In this document: one piece after another, positions 23,473-32,724 of the stretch
Layout of the letters: every line of letters begins with the position of its first letter
How positions within the stretch are numbered: the first letter of the stretch is position 1
DNA from: a virus
Length of the DNA: 43,152 nucleotides
Virus record (IMG/VR): IMGVR_UViG_3300023212_000175
Span: 1 to 43,152 of that record
Strand: one strand, 5' to 3'
Translations under genes and position numbers: made by a program
The notes under the pieces: model-generated
The model's database searches: none
The model's input: the letters and a program-made list of their open reading frames with translations, nothing else
Told to the model about the DNA's origin: nothing

Positions 23473-25328
23473 AATGGCCTAGACTGCCATCTTCTCTTGT
23501 GCCAAAAGTCAAGTCGTTTTAAGATACAATTCCCTGAGGTATTCGTGAGAGTAAACGATACCTTTTCATTAGTGTAATTCAGGTGTTTTCCATAATCCTG
23601 ACTAGGTGCGGCCGCAAGAGTTATAGCGGGAATGGTAGTTACATTACCGTTGTCCTCATCTTGTGCTGTTAAACTTAGAGCGCCTGACCCCGAAGATCTA
23701 ACCCGCATGAATCTGAAGATTCGCAAAGAGCCATCTCCGGATCCATCTTGGGGTAAATTCGTCGTTTGCCATTTTGCGGTTATGACTGTTCCCGAATCGT
23801 TAATTACCTTCGAAGTTAATTTGTCAACCCCTGAGGATTTCCCTATACGTAACCAGTAGTCGAAATCGTCATTATCGTTGATGGAACAAATCATTATACA
23901 TTGAGGAGTGTAAGGCAATACAAAGACAGACCACTCAATATTTTGAAAATCCAACCCATTTGAAAAATTTCCAGCGATTAAAAGATTAGGAGTTGTCGAT
24001 CCATTGCTAGGAATCATGATGTACAGCGTATCTGTAGTAATGTCAACACAGGACATCGGCGCGTGTTCAGATCCATGAGTGAATTGATTCCAAGTTCCTT
24101 GAATTTTCCAGGTTAAAGCCGGACGGACTAGTGCTCCATTCCAAACATAAACTCCCTCTCGTGTCGTCCCGAACATCAAAGAACTTATAGGTCCCCGGTA
24201 TTTATTCTCTAGAACGGAAATAAGAGAATAATGAGGAAATCCATTCCCAGATTCAATGAGGTTGACAGACCACGTTGAGGGATCTCCACCGTTGTCACCT
24301 GTAGCATGTATTCCAACGTTTCCGGAGATGTACAACGTTCCAAAGTATTCGAACGCAGAGATAAACTGATCTACTTGATAATCTGTTTGAATGAATCCAA
24401 CGACAGTATCAAAGTTTTCTGGTAGTCCACTCTGTGATACAGGAACCTGATTCGCAACTGTACCATCTAAAATAATTAAACGCCCCTTATAAACCGCAAG
24501 ACCCGCACCGCCGTAGCCTGTAATAGCCGCGGTGATTGAACCGCGAAAATTAAATTGAGGACTAGCATCGATAGCTAAGTCAGTGTCGAAGAAATTCAAC
24601 GTCGCAGTTGTAGTAACGTTGTCGTTAATCACTCCACCAGCTGCAGAAGGGACAAAATAAAAAGTATTAAGATTAGCTTTAGTCGCTAAAATCAGTCTTT
24701 GTGTCGTCCCCGTAGGTCCCGTTGGAATAACTGTTAGATTAGCCGTGCCATTCCCGGCAGTAAATGTGAAGGACGTTGATGGTCCTGGAGCAGTAGAGAA
24801 TCCTGTAGTCGTTACAAAAACAACGGCAAATTTATGCGTTCCTACGACGATATTACCTCCCGCAGCCTGAGCAACTGTAGGTCCCGATCCAGGAGGATTT
24901 CCGAGAGCGGGACGTGGAGGATTAATAGTATCCCAAACGTATAAAACAGTACCAGCGGCCGCAGCAGTACAAATAGGAAGGATAAAAACATGACCATAGA
25001 GATTGATAGCTACGAAATCGATCATATTCGTAACTGTTAAGAAAAGAGTGGTTACTGGGGCGCCACCGGAAACAGTCGTAGAATAAATATTACCAACACC
25101 ATCACAAGTTAAAACGGTATTAGCCGTAGTCAAGAATTGACGAACTACATTATGACCTGTGTTTAACGAAAGCTTCGTCCCATCACGAACTTGGAATTGC
25201 TTTCTATTACTTATAAAGTTCTGACAGATCTGAGCGTGATCAAGAGGACAGTCATCGGCCGCGACGCGATCGTACTGACCGCGAAAATCGTTAATTGTGA
25301 TATGTTCGTAACTATCGAGGAACATCAA
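23469..25328 (-). CDS. Large tail (nozzle) protein, T7 gp12-position analogue
   Basis: 619 aa and beta-rich. It follows the adaptor-like paralogues. Called on position and size only. Confidence 0.4.
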   Translation of the reverse strand: MMFLDSYEHITINDFRGQYDRVAADDCPLDHAQICQNFISNRKQFQVRDGTKLSLNTGHNVVRQFLTTANTVLTCDGVGNIYSTTVSGGAPVTTLFLTVTNMIDFVAINLYGHVFILPICTAAAAGTVLYVWDTINPPRPALGNPPGSGPTVAQAAGGNIVVGTHKFAVVFVTTTGFSTAPGPSTSFTFTAGNGTANLTVIPTGPTGTTQRLILATKANLNTFYFVPSAAGGVINDNVTTTATLNFFDTDLAIDASPQFNFRGSITAAITGYGGAGLAVYKGRLIILDGTVANQVPVSQSGLPENFDTVVGFIQTDYQVDQFISAFEYFGTLYISGNVGIHATGDNGGDPSTWSVNLIESGNGFPHYSLISVLENKYRGPISSLMFGTTREGVYVWNGALVRPALTWKIQGTWNQFTHGSEHAPMSCVDITTDTLYIMIPSNGSTTPNLLIAGNFSNGLDFQNIEWSVFVLPYTPQCIMICSINDNDDFDYWLRIGKSSGVDKLTSKVINDSGTVITAKWQTTNLPQDGSGDGSLRIFRFMRVRSSGSGALSLTAQDEDNGNVTTIPAITLAAAPSQDYGKHLNYTNEKVSFTLTNTSGNCILKRLDFWHKRRWQSRPL

Positions 25329-25647
25329 TCTGCTCGTCTGGTTTCAATTCTGTTATTTCACAAACTACTTGCAAGTAGCTACTTGTATTGTTTTCCGTAG
25401 GTGGGGCATATTTTGAGATAAAGTTTCTTAGTGTTTCTGCTCTGTTAGAGTAAATGTCCTCCAAAAGAGCATTGTATCCATCTAAAAACGTCGCAAAACG
25501 ACAGTAACCATCAACGATAGAAGTACTTCCCCAACGCCTTAGGTTACCGGGGTTATTATTACGATGTGGAAGAGAATTCACCGAGAATGCACCTTCACAA
25601 TGCATCATCGCTGCAGCAATCATTGAAATTCTTGCACTAAAAGTCAT
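25312..25647 (-). CDS. Conserved small protein with NNPGNLR and YAPPTENNT motifs (possible cell-wall-related virion protein)
   Basis: 111 aa. I recognise the motif pair NNPGN(L/I)R ... YAP..ENNT as a recurring family but cannot name it. Confidence 0.35.
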   Translation of the reverse strand: MTFSARISMIAAAMMHCEGAFSVNSLPHRNNNPGNLRRWGSTSIVDGYCRFATFLDGYNALLEDIYSNRAETLRNFISKYAPPTENNTSSYLQVVCEITELKPDEQIDVPR

Positions 25648-26369
25648 TAGAAATCACGAACCGCACGAGAACGTCCACGTCCTCGATGATACGGTCTCCT
25701 TTTTGCTGGCAGTGTTTGTAGACCTTGAATAGCGTCTGCTAAGAGATTGTCCAAGTTGCGTTCACCCAATGCTTTTATTGCCTCCATTTGTGTTTGAGAA
25801 GAATTAGGTAGAGAGGCAAGGCATAAATATGCTGTCTCAGCCCCGAGATACGTTTCGGCAAGAGGAACAGTAAGGGAGTCCCCTGCTGCATTAGGAGGAG
25901 TAAGAACTCTTTTATATCTTAATTGAACCTGAGTAGGAACAAATGCCCCGCGAAGCATTATCGTGGAACCAATCCAAGACCACCAAACAAGTTCGTTTCC
26001 AAGAGGAATATTAGGAATGAAGTCAACTTTCGTCATATCGACGAAATCTGCATTCATTTGTCCAATCGCGCGCTCCTTCATCCAGATAGGTTCAAGCATA
26101 TCTGTCGGAAATGTTCCAGCAGTTATGTTCGCTGGAGTGGACATATCAATTGAATTATCATCAACAGTATTAGCCACAACCGTCATAATAGTCGAGACGT
26201 TATTAACAACAGGAATATTGTTACGCTCGAATTCATTCATCATTTCGCGGTAAGCTGCTCTTAGCTTAGGCATGATTTTCCAATCGGGCCAAAGAGATCC
26301 ATGCTCATCATTAAGATGAGTTCTTGCTATCTTCAACGCTTCATTAGCTATTGCTGCTGGAACTGACAT
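25647..26369 (-). CDS. Adaptor / tail-tubular-A-like protein, paralogue A
   Basis: 240 aa. It aligns by eye with the next gene: LNDEHGSLW / LNDDSISLF, DMLEPIWMKERAIG..FVDMTKVD / DIWEPIHLWEKVQG..YVDMTEQD, and LVWWSW...VQLRY / LKYWQW...VRIQY. Confidence 0.5.
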   Translation of the reverse strand: MSVPAAIANEALKIARTHLNDEHGSLWPDWKIMPKLRAAYREMMNEFERNNIPVVNNVSTIMTVVANTVDDNSIDMSTPANITAGTFPTDMLEPIWMKERAIGQMNADFVDMTKVDFIPNIPLGNELVWWSWIGSTIMLRGAFVPTQVQLRYKRVLTPPNAAGDSLTVPLAETYLGAETAYLCLASLPNSSQTQMEAIKALGERNLDNLLADAIQGLQTLPAKRRPYHRGRGRSRAVRDF

Positions 26370-26371
26370 TA

Positions 26372-26992
26372 TTATGGTCTCACACTAGGAATCATCCGAC
26401 CCTTATTAATTGATACGACATCAGCAAGAGTCACATTAGCTATATCAGTTGCTATCTTGTACGTATCTGGATCGCCAAGAGATCCGGCTTGTAGGGCCGC
26501 AATCCTAGGACCCAACCACGCTTCACCGTCGATTATACCGATAAGATCCGTACTAATAACAGGAATTGTAATAGAGCGCCAATATTGAATACGAACAGTA
26601 ACCGCATTGGCAGAAGCGCCAAGAAAAAGAAGCGCTTCCTGATACCACTGCCAATACTTCAAAGAAGTAGTTTGAACTCCTTGAACTACGTCAAGTGGAT
26701 CTTGTTCCGTCATATCGACGTAAGTGGTGTCCGACGTTCCTTGAACCTTTTCCCATAAATGAATAGGTTCCCAAATGTCACCCGGTGGAGCGGTTAGTGC
26801 CGTTGCATTGATAGCAACCGCGCCAATAAAATTGCCGCGCATGACTTGACAGTCAGATCTACGCAATTTCGCTTGCAGTTCTCGATGAGCAATAGCCATC
26901 TTGCTCGCTAAGACTGCATCGCTGAACAACGAGATGCTGTCATCATTCAACAGCGCCCTTGCTGCATTGTAAGCAACTTCAGCTTGTGCCAC
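26372..26992 (-). CDS. Adaptor / tail-tubular-A-like protein, paralogue B
   Basis: 206 aa. Clear paralogue of 25647..26369 (see that entry). Confidence 0.5.
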   Translation of the reverse strand: MAQAEVAYNAARALLNDDSISLFSDAVLASKMAIAHRELQAKLRRSDCQVMRGNFIGAVAINATALTAPPGDIWEPIHLWEKVQGTSDTTYVDMTEQDPLDVVQGVQTTSLKYWQWYQEALLFLGASANAVTVRIQYWRSITIPVISTDLIGIIDGEAWLGPRIAALQAGSLGDPDTYKIATDIANVTLADVVSINKGRMIPSVRP

Positions 26993-27355
26993 TTAGCTTT
27001 GACCGTAGATCCAGCTTCCCTCGAACGTAATAGTGTCTCCGGAATTTCCGGCCGGAATTGCAACACCGTTTCCAAGTTCCGTTCCGACAGCGGTAAAAAG
27101 TTTAAGAAGTCCGTTTGAAACGGTGCTACCAGGAACGAAGGCATAAAAAAGACCACCAATGCCCTGGACGTAAACGACAATAGGTGGACCTTGTGCCTTG
27201 ACCAATGGATGCGAAAGATTCATCACAATTCCACCAGTCGCATATGTCGCTGGATTAGCGTCGATTGCAACTGTCCCGAAAACGTTAAGAAAGCGACCGT
27301 CAAATCCAGTGTTTAGGATCGTGGGAATAGTGATACGTGCTAGTGCCTGTGCCAT
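26993..27355 (-). CDS. Small beta-rich protein (possible head decoration or connector accessory)
   Basis: 120-aa ORF whose stop abuts the next start. Confidence 0.5.
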   Translation of the reverse strand: MAQALARITIPTILNTGFDGRFLNVFGTVAIDANPATYATGGIVMNLSHPLVKAQGPPIVVYVQGIGGLFYAFVPGSTVSNGLLKLFTAVGTELGNGVAIPAGNSGDTITFEGSWIYGQS

Positions 27356-27368
27356 GGTTCAATTCCTT

Positions 27369-28019
27369 TCAAGCAAAAACTAAGTCCTTTTGTTCACCTT
27401 GAATTACCCTACAAACTGGACAAACCTTTGCCCTTGGATCGATTTTACTGAAACAACCAATACACTCCTTCGTTAACACTTCCTCTGCCATTGCTGTTGT
27501 TGCGCTCATCCAAGGATGTTGATCTAGATTAAGATTCATTATATCCGCGATGGTTCTTTGAAAGTCCGAAATAACAGTATGCTTGTGATATCGTTGCCAG
27601 TCGTCGTCGGCAATCTTGATGAGATTCGAAAACCATTTGTTCTGTGCGGATAAGTGTTTAACGCATTCAGCTCGATTGGCGAGCATGACCTCTTCAGTCT
27701 TCAACCACCCAGGAAGCCAAAAGATAGCAGGATGAGCATCTTCGGATAAACCAAGCTGAGAATTGATGTAGTCACTGACAATCGACCGAGCGACCTCATC
27801 AGAGGGATCGCGCGCGAGAAGTGAACCACGAGTATCATCCAAATAGACATAATGAAACGATTTGTTGTAAACATAAATGAGACTAGGAGTCTTAGTATCC
27901 GATTTCGGAATCTTGTACTTTCCAGGAAAAAGGCCGGGTTTCTCTTCATATAGATCCCACGGGACGAAGGAAACTACTGTACAAGCAAGAGCCTTTTCAC
28001 GAGAATTTTCTTCGTTCAT
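27369..28019 (-). CDS. Hypothetical protein with a C-terminal zinc ribbon
   Basis: 216 aa. C-terminal sequence: CIGCFSKIDPRAKVCPVCRV. Confidence 0.6.
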   Translation of the reverse strand: MNEENSREKALACTVVSFVPWDLYEEKPGLFPGKYKIPKSDTKTPSLIYVYNKSFHYVYLDDTRGSLLARDPSDEVARSIVSDYINSQLGLSEDAHPAIFWLPGWLKTEEVMLANRAECVKHLSAQNKWFSNLIKIADDDWQRYHKHTVISDFQRTIADIMNLNLDQHPWMSATTAMAEEVLTKECIGCFSKIDPRAKVCPVCRVIQGEQKDLVFA

Positions 28020-28576
28020 TTTTTGCCTCCAAAGAGTCGTTGAGTCAGTTTTTTGCCTTCAGAACTTATGAACATTGACACAGCTTCACGAGTATGTAAA
28101 AGACTTTGAATTTCACTTCTTCCTTCACCTTCCAACATATCCACAAAGTCCTGAACTTCTTTGTCTTCCGCCTTTTCCAATAAGGCTAACCTTTCGGCAG
28201 GCGAAAGCTTTACCTTTGTTCTTGCTGCTTCAATGATGAATTGGACAACTTTAAGCGTTGGGTCGAGGTAATTGCCTTTCGAATCCTCGAACACGAACAG
28301 GGGCTCGTAAGAACCTCCTTCAGATGTATCAATTTCAGAATTCGACCCCTCCGACCAGATCTCAAGAATCCAACGATCCTTGTTGATATAATTGTACTTA
28401 AGGGTTTCACGGGTTTCTTTCACAGTCCTTAAAAAGATTTTACCGTAGAAATCATTGAAAATGCCTTTGCGTTTCTCTGTCGCATTAGTTGACCAAACAA
28501 GACGATATTTCTTCTTAAAATTCAGAGCCTCTCCCTGCCTTGCCAACCACTTTTCGACTTCTTTAAAACTCGTCAT
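28016..28576 (-). CDS. Hypothetical protein
   Basis: 186-aa ORF with ATGA coupling to the downstream gene. Confidence 0.6.
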   Translation of the reverse strand: MTSFKEVEKWLARQGEALNFKKKYRLVWSTNATEKRKGIFNDFYGKIFLRTVKETRETLKYNYINKDRWILEIWSEGSNSEIDTSEGGSYEPLFVFEDSKGNYLDPTLKVVQFIIEAARTKVKLSPAERLALLEKAEDKEVQDFVDMLEGEGRSEIQSLLHTREAVSMFISSEGKKLTQRLFGGKK

Positions 28577-28616
28577 GGAATTGAAGAGGGAGAGTTTGCA
28601 GTCCTCCCCCTAAAGT

Positions 28617-29888
28617 TTAATAACCAGCAGGAACGGCTAAATTGTCGATATAAGCGGCTGCAGCTGGATTGTTCATGTAGAGATTGAACGATGCGACGAT
28701 GTAGAAAATCCACGATGTCGCAACTCCACCGGTACCTCCTCGAATTTCCCAGACCCTTTGGTTATTATCAGGATTCTGGTAGAAGCCAGGAGGATGAAGC
28801 TCCGCGCGGCCCCAAACTTCAGTGTCGATGAAATCAATTCTCGTTCTATCCCAAGAATACGAGACTTTCAACGGAGCGCCGGCAATCCGCATGTTGTCAT
28901 TGAAGTAAAGGTCTAAACCTTCTTCCTTGGCTTCTTTGTTAATGATTGTCGCCTGGAAGCCTAGTTCTTCGTAAGCTTGCTGTTGTGCCGGATGGGTCCA
29001 CGCCGTTGTCTTTCCACGTTGCTTGATTCCGACACGATCACCGATCTTATTGACGGCTAATCGTGGTAGAGGAAGTGTCAAAGCGGAACCATTGCCGTTG
29101 ACTCGATTCGCCCTAATTTCGGGGTTAAGGCTTCTATCGAAACCGAGCCAAGTCCCCGTGCTAGCATTAGAATCGTGATACTTGATTCCAAGCATTCCAG
29201 TTGGGGGGGTTGACTGCAAACCAGAAGCGACAACCAAATCGGTCGCTGTAGCACCCGCGACGCTCGGAGTTACAGCGATCGTCTTATTTGCTAGGTCATA
29301 AAGAGTGATCGTCGATTCGTTGGAGGGACCTCCACCAGTTCTAACTGTCGTCAGCGTAGAATTGAAAACGTTAACATTCTGACCGAAACGCAACAAACGC
29401 GCACCAAAACCGTCAGTGGTCATCGTGTAAGTATCCACGCCTCCCGATGTCGAAACGGAAGTGATGGTACCTAGAGTTCCAGTGCCGTCTGTCATACACT
29501 GCGAGTCGACTTGTCGTCGGAATTCTTTCATCGCGGTCGACAGATTATGTCGAAATGCATTTAAAACGGCCTTTCGATTGTTATCCGTCGCCCACATGGT
29601 CTTTGAGGTGAATTCAACCGCATGACGAAGGTGAACCGAGTTAATAATCGCCTTGTCAAAGGTTGGCATGTCACCACGTCCAAGATCTCCGCCATCTGGA
29701 TTGTAATATCCGAACTTGCCACCTGGACGCATTTCAAGAGGTGCCCTCATATCTCTCGCTGAGATCACCTCAACTGGGCGCTTCTCAATCGTTGCATAGA
29801 AAACGTCATCACGATCGAAGAGCGCCGGAACCTTGGGAAGTACTCGTTCGAGTTCAGCTCCCACTACCTGGGTCTCGTTGCCCGCCAT
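28617..29888 (-). CDS. Major capsid protein (putative, HK97-fold expected)
   Basis: 423 aa, immediately downstream of the scaffold-like gene. Called on size and position; no motif was verified. Confidence 0.6.
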   Translation of the reverse strand: MAGNETQVVGAELERVLPKVPALFDRDDVFYATIEKRPVEVISARDMRAPLEMRPGGKFGYYNPDGGDLGRGDMPTFDKAIINSVHLRHAVEFTSKTMWATDNNRKAVLNAFRHNLSTAMKEFRRQVDSQCMTDGTGTLGTITSVSTSGGVDTYTMTTDGFGARLLRFGQNVNVFNSTLTTVRTGGGPSNESTITLYDLANKTIAVTPSVAGATATDLVVASGLQSTPPTGMLGIKYHDSNASTGTWLGFDRSLNPEIRANRVNGNGSALTLPLPRLAVNKIGDRVGIKQRGKTTAWTHPAQQQAYEELGFQATIINKEAKEEGLDLYFNDNMRIAGAPLKVSYSWDRTRIDFIDTEVWGRAELHPPGFYQNPDNNQRVWEIRGGTGGVATSWIFYIVASFNLYMNNPAAAAYIDNLAVPAGY

Positions 29889-29891
29889 AAT

Positions 29892-31124
29892 TTATTTCCT
29901 GTATGTGATGTTATCGTTGATAATATCGTCGTCAGAGGTTTTATTGTAATCAATCCTACCTGTGATTCCAGAAGAATTCCTAGACTCACGTGCAGGAGAT
30001 CCAGTACCACGACGAACGCCATCAACTACTTCCTTTGTTCTAGCAGCTCGGCGTTGAGAAGTCCCATTAGCCTCTGCCACTATTTTCGCACGGACAGCCG
30101 GAACGAGCTGACGGGCGCGCGCCAGGTACGCGGAAGTAATTCTGGACTTCCAATCACTCGTGTAACCATCCTTCTTTGCCTTAGACCACAAAGAATCCAT
30201 ATAGCGGAGATGTTCTCTATCCGCTCCCATTTGGTCGTCGACCTCTTTATTAATCTTCTCCACGAGTGTGTCGACCATCCATCTGGAGAAGACTCCCTCT
30301 GGATCGAGACGAAGACTACCGTTCTTGTCCTTAGAGAGAATGACAGATTTAACCTGACCCTTGATGTCAGAACTGATGTCTCCGGTGAAAGCCTTTAAAC
30401 GGTCGGACTCAAATTTGACACGTTCAGGATCCGTCTTCGATTCAGCAGCCCGAGGAACATACGATTTCTTTCCATCGAGAATATCCTGAGCATCGTTCCC
30501 GAACAAGAACTTCGCCATCAAAAGAGCTGCTTTTTTGGTGTCCTCATTGCCCGGTGCACTTTCTGCGAAAGCTTTGACCATGTTCTCCATCAAAGGATTA
30601 GCCGCAGCCCAATGTGCTTTCTCGTCAACCTTATACAACGCCGGCATAATGTTTGAAGCAAATTTAAGAAGAGCGGCTTCGTCAGTCTTTTTAACGGCCG
30701 CGAGGAATCCAGAGCCGTCGTCGTTGAAAATGCTTTGACGGGCTTCTTGAAGGGCCACGGAATCATCTTGTGCGGTTCTCGCGTCTTCAATTGAAGAGAA
30801 GAGCTCATTAAAAGCTTTCTCTCGGAAGAGAACATCGCGGAGCACGGGGAACTTTTTGAAGAGGTCCGGGAAAGCCTCTTTAATATCAGTTAAAGTTGGA
30901 CGTTCGTGCGGGAGAAGTTCCCTTGGTTTTGCGGAGGCTTCCCTTTCCTCCCGTTCTTCTTCGGTCTCCTCGACCACTTCTTCTTCTTTTTCTTCAACTT
31001 CTGGTGTAGCCGCATCAGCTGGAGGTTGTTCGTCTTCCTGTTCGAGAAACTTAACATCGTCGCTAATACCTGTCGTTCCTTCGAGAGAATCTGGAGATTT
31101 CAAAATGTCTTTTAGGCCAAACAT
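29892..31124 (-). CDS. Scaffolding protein (putative)
   Basis: 410 aa and helical. It has a strongly acidic N-terminal region (EQEDEQPPADAATPEVEEKEEEVVEETEEEREEREAS) and lies directly upstream of the capsid gene. Confidence 0.55.
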   Translation of the reverse strand: MFGLKDILKSPDSLEGTTGISDDVKFLEQEDEQPPADAATPEVEEKEEEVVEETEEEREEREASAKPRELLPHERPTLTDIKEAFPDLFKKFPVLRDVLFREKAFNELFSSIEDARTAQDDSVALQEARQSIFNDDGSGFLAAVKKTDEAALLKFASNIMPALYKVDEKAHWAAANPLMENMVKAFAESAPGNEDTKKAALLMAKFLFGNDAQDILDGKKSYVPRAAESKTDPERVKFESDRLKAFTGDISSDIKGQVKSVILSKDKNGSLRLDPEGVFSRWMVDTLVEKINKEVDDQMGADREHLRYMDSLWSKAKKDGYTSDWKSRITSAYLARARQLVPAVRAKIVAEANGTSQRRAARTKEVVDGVRRGTGSPARESRNSSGITGRIDYNKTSDDDIINDNITYRK

Positions 31125-32398
31125 AACGATTCATCCTCAATCTTATCGTACATATCAGGTAAAACTTTCGCAAGATCGGTACGATATTGTTTATCTGGAA
31201 TTTTTACCTCTTCAAGAACGTCGTAACACTGTTTTAAAGCATCTTCACAATTACCATCGGCGAAAGAAACAACAGCGATGGCCCCCGTGCCAGAAGAATG
31301 GTATAAGCATTCGTCTTCCTGAAATACTTCATAGTAATAATAATTCTCATCGTATTCTTCAGGCAAACGAATAGGGAGTCCACAAGATGGCGATATCTTG
31401 TCTATCTTTTCGATATCCGCTGATTTCTTAGTCTCGATTGGGTACGGCGGGATAGTGAGCCGCACTCCACCGGCGTAAACGTCCTCGGCGGGAAATTCCT
31501 CCGTCACTCCTTGACAAAGATCTGAAATGAACTTTCCTAGGTCTTTGCTAAAAAGCTGTAAGAGGGTTGGCATAGCGTCGAGTCCGAATCGAGGTGTCCA
31601 TTCGAGTCCATAGACATTCTCTCCATCGCAGATTGTGTTAAGATCGATCGGTCCAATGTATCCATTTTCGATTAACTTTTTTTCTGCTTTGAGAATTCCT
31701 TTATCAAGAATCGGAGAATCTTCACAAAGCCAAACAAGATTGCCGCTGCAACCAGTAGAAGGACCAAGGTCGTCATTGAGAAATTTTTTAACCTCGACCG
31801 TTTGGTTACCCGGACGAACAAAGCCGTGCGGGCCGCACCAGAACTCTGATGAAACTACAGCGCCTTCAACGAAGCGCTGTAGGACGAAATCATCTAGAAG
31901 ATCTTTGTAATTCCTTTCCACGTATTGCATGTATGTCGTTAAGTCTTCTGAGTCTTCTCCGATATACGTTAATTTAGATGGTAAGTCTCCAGAAGGCTTA
32001 AAAACGAACTTTTCCTTTGATTTCGAGAGAAATTCGTACGCCTTCTTGAAGTCGGTCCCCTTAAAACGATGTGTCTCAGGAGTTCGTATTCCACAAGATT
32101 CCATAAACTCCAGTCCGAAACCTCTTGAATTTTCAAGATTATCGTGAAACTTGGAACCCGAGAAAACTCGAAGACCCCGGCGACGATACTCGTCTGCTTC
32201 CTTTCCAGATCCAGTTGAGTCGAAAATAACGATCTCATCCCGGGTAGGGTTACAAGTCTTCTCCTTTTTGAGGATGCCATCATAGACATTATAATATTCC
32301 TTTTCCTTCACGTAAACACGACAGGAATTCCCCTCCCTTTGCAGTCGGAGCAAAAGCCCGCAACCCTCACCGCATTTTGACATCATAAAGAACTTCAT
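31112..32398 (-). CDS. ATP-grasp ligase, divergent PurD (phosphoribosylamine-glycine ligase)-like
   Basis: Segments matching PurD along the whole length: ENSRGFGLEFMESCGIRTPE, FVFKPSGDLPSK, VLQRFVEGAVVSSEFW, VKKFLNDDLGPSTGCSG (PurD has GPNTGGMG) and YGLEWTPRFGLDA (PurD has RFGDPE). Confidence 0.75.
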   Translation of the reverse strand: MKFFMMSKCGEGCGLLLRLQREGNSCRVYVKEKEYYNVYDGILKKEKTCNPTRDEIVIFDSTGSGKEADEYRRRGLRVFSGSKFHDNLENSRGFGLEFMESCGIRTPETHRFKGTDFKKAYEFLSKSKEKFVFKPSGDLPSKLTYIGEDSEDLTTYMQYVERNYKDLLDDFVLQRFVEGAVVSSEFWCGPHGFVRPGNQTVEVKKFLNDDLGPSTGCSGNLVWLCEDSPILDKGILKAEKKLIENGYIGPIDLNTICDGENVYGLEWTPRFGLDAMPTLLQLFSKDLGKFISDLCQGVTEEFPAEDVYAGGVRLTIPPYPIETKKSADIEKIDKISPSCGLPIRLPEEYDENYYYYEVFQEDECLYHSSGTGAIAVVSFADGNCEDALKQCYDVLEEVKIPDKQYRTDLAKVLPDMYDKIEDESLCLA

Positions 32399-32724
32399 TA
32401 ACCGTACTCTAAAACCGCTTGAAATTTCTGGGATGCCGCTTGTCCGGCTAAAAAATAATCTTTAAGACAAATAATATTTTTCAGCTCGGAACGATTCAGA
32501 ATAGTTCCACCTGCCGCGATTGCTGGACCTGATGTATTAGCGAAATTCGCATCCGCCAGCTTCACGGTCGACGCGTTTCCAGCGTCTGCCGTTAATTGAC
32601 ATCCGGTACAACGATCAGGAAGTATACCATCAGTCGGAGTCGCACCAGTGACGCCAAGCAAGGACGTATAAAGCTGATGAAAGTTAGTATCAGCTGGTAG
32701 AGTAACTGTGAAAACGCGTTGCAT
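32398..32724 (-). CDS. Hypothetical 108-aa protein, translationally coupled to both the portal and the ATP-grasp gene
   Basis: Its start overlaps the portal stop and its stop overlaps the ATP-grasp start (ATGA-type junctions). It ends ...AVLEYG. Confidence 0.6.
   Translation of the reverse strand: MQRVFTVTLPADTNFHQLYTSLLGVTGATPTDGILPDRCTGCQLTADAGNASTVKLADANFANTSGPAIAAGGTILNRSELKNIICLKDYFLAGQAASQKFQAVLEYG

Noticed and set aside
28577-28616. Hairpin/terminator downstream of the capsid gene
   Set aside because: Only a 5-bp stem with mismatches (GGGAG...CTCCC) and no U-run. Too weak to report.
30856-31374. 172-aa + strand Ser-rich ORF opposite the scaffold/ATP-grasp junction
   Set aside because: Its low-complexity Ser/Phe run is the antisense image of the Glu-rich scaffold N-terminus. 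It has no start context.
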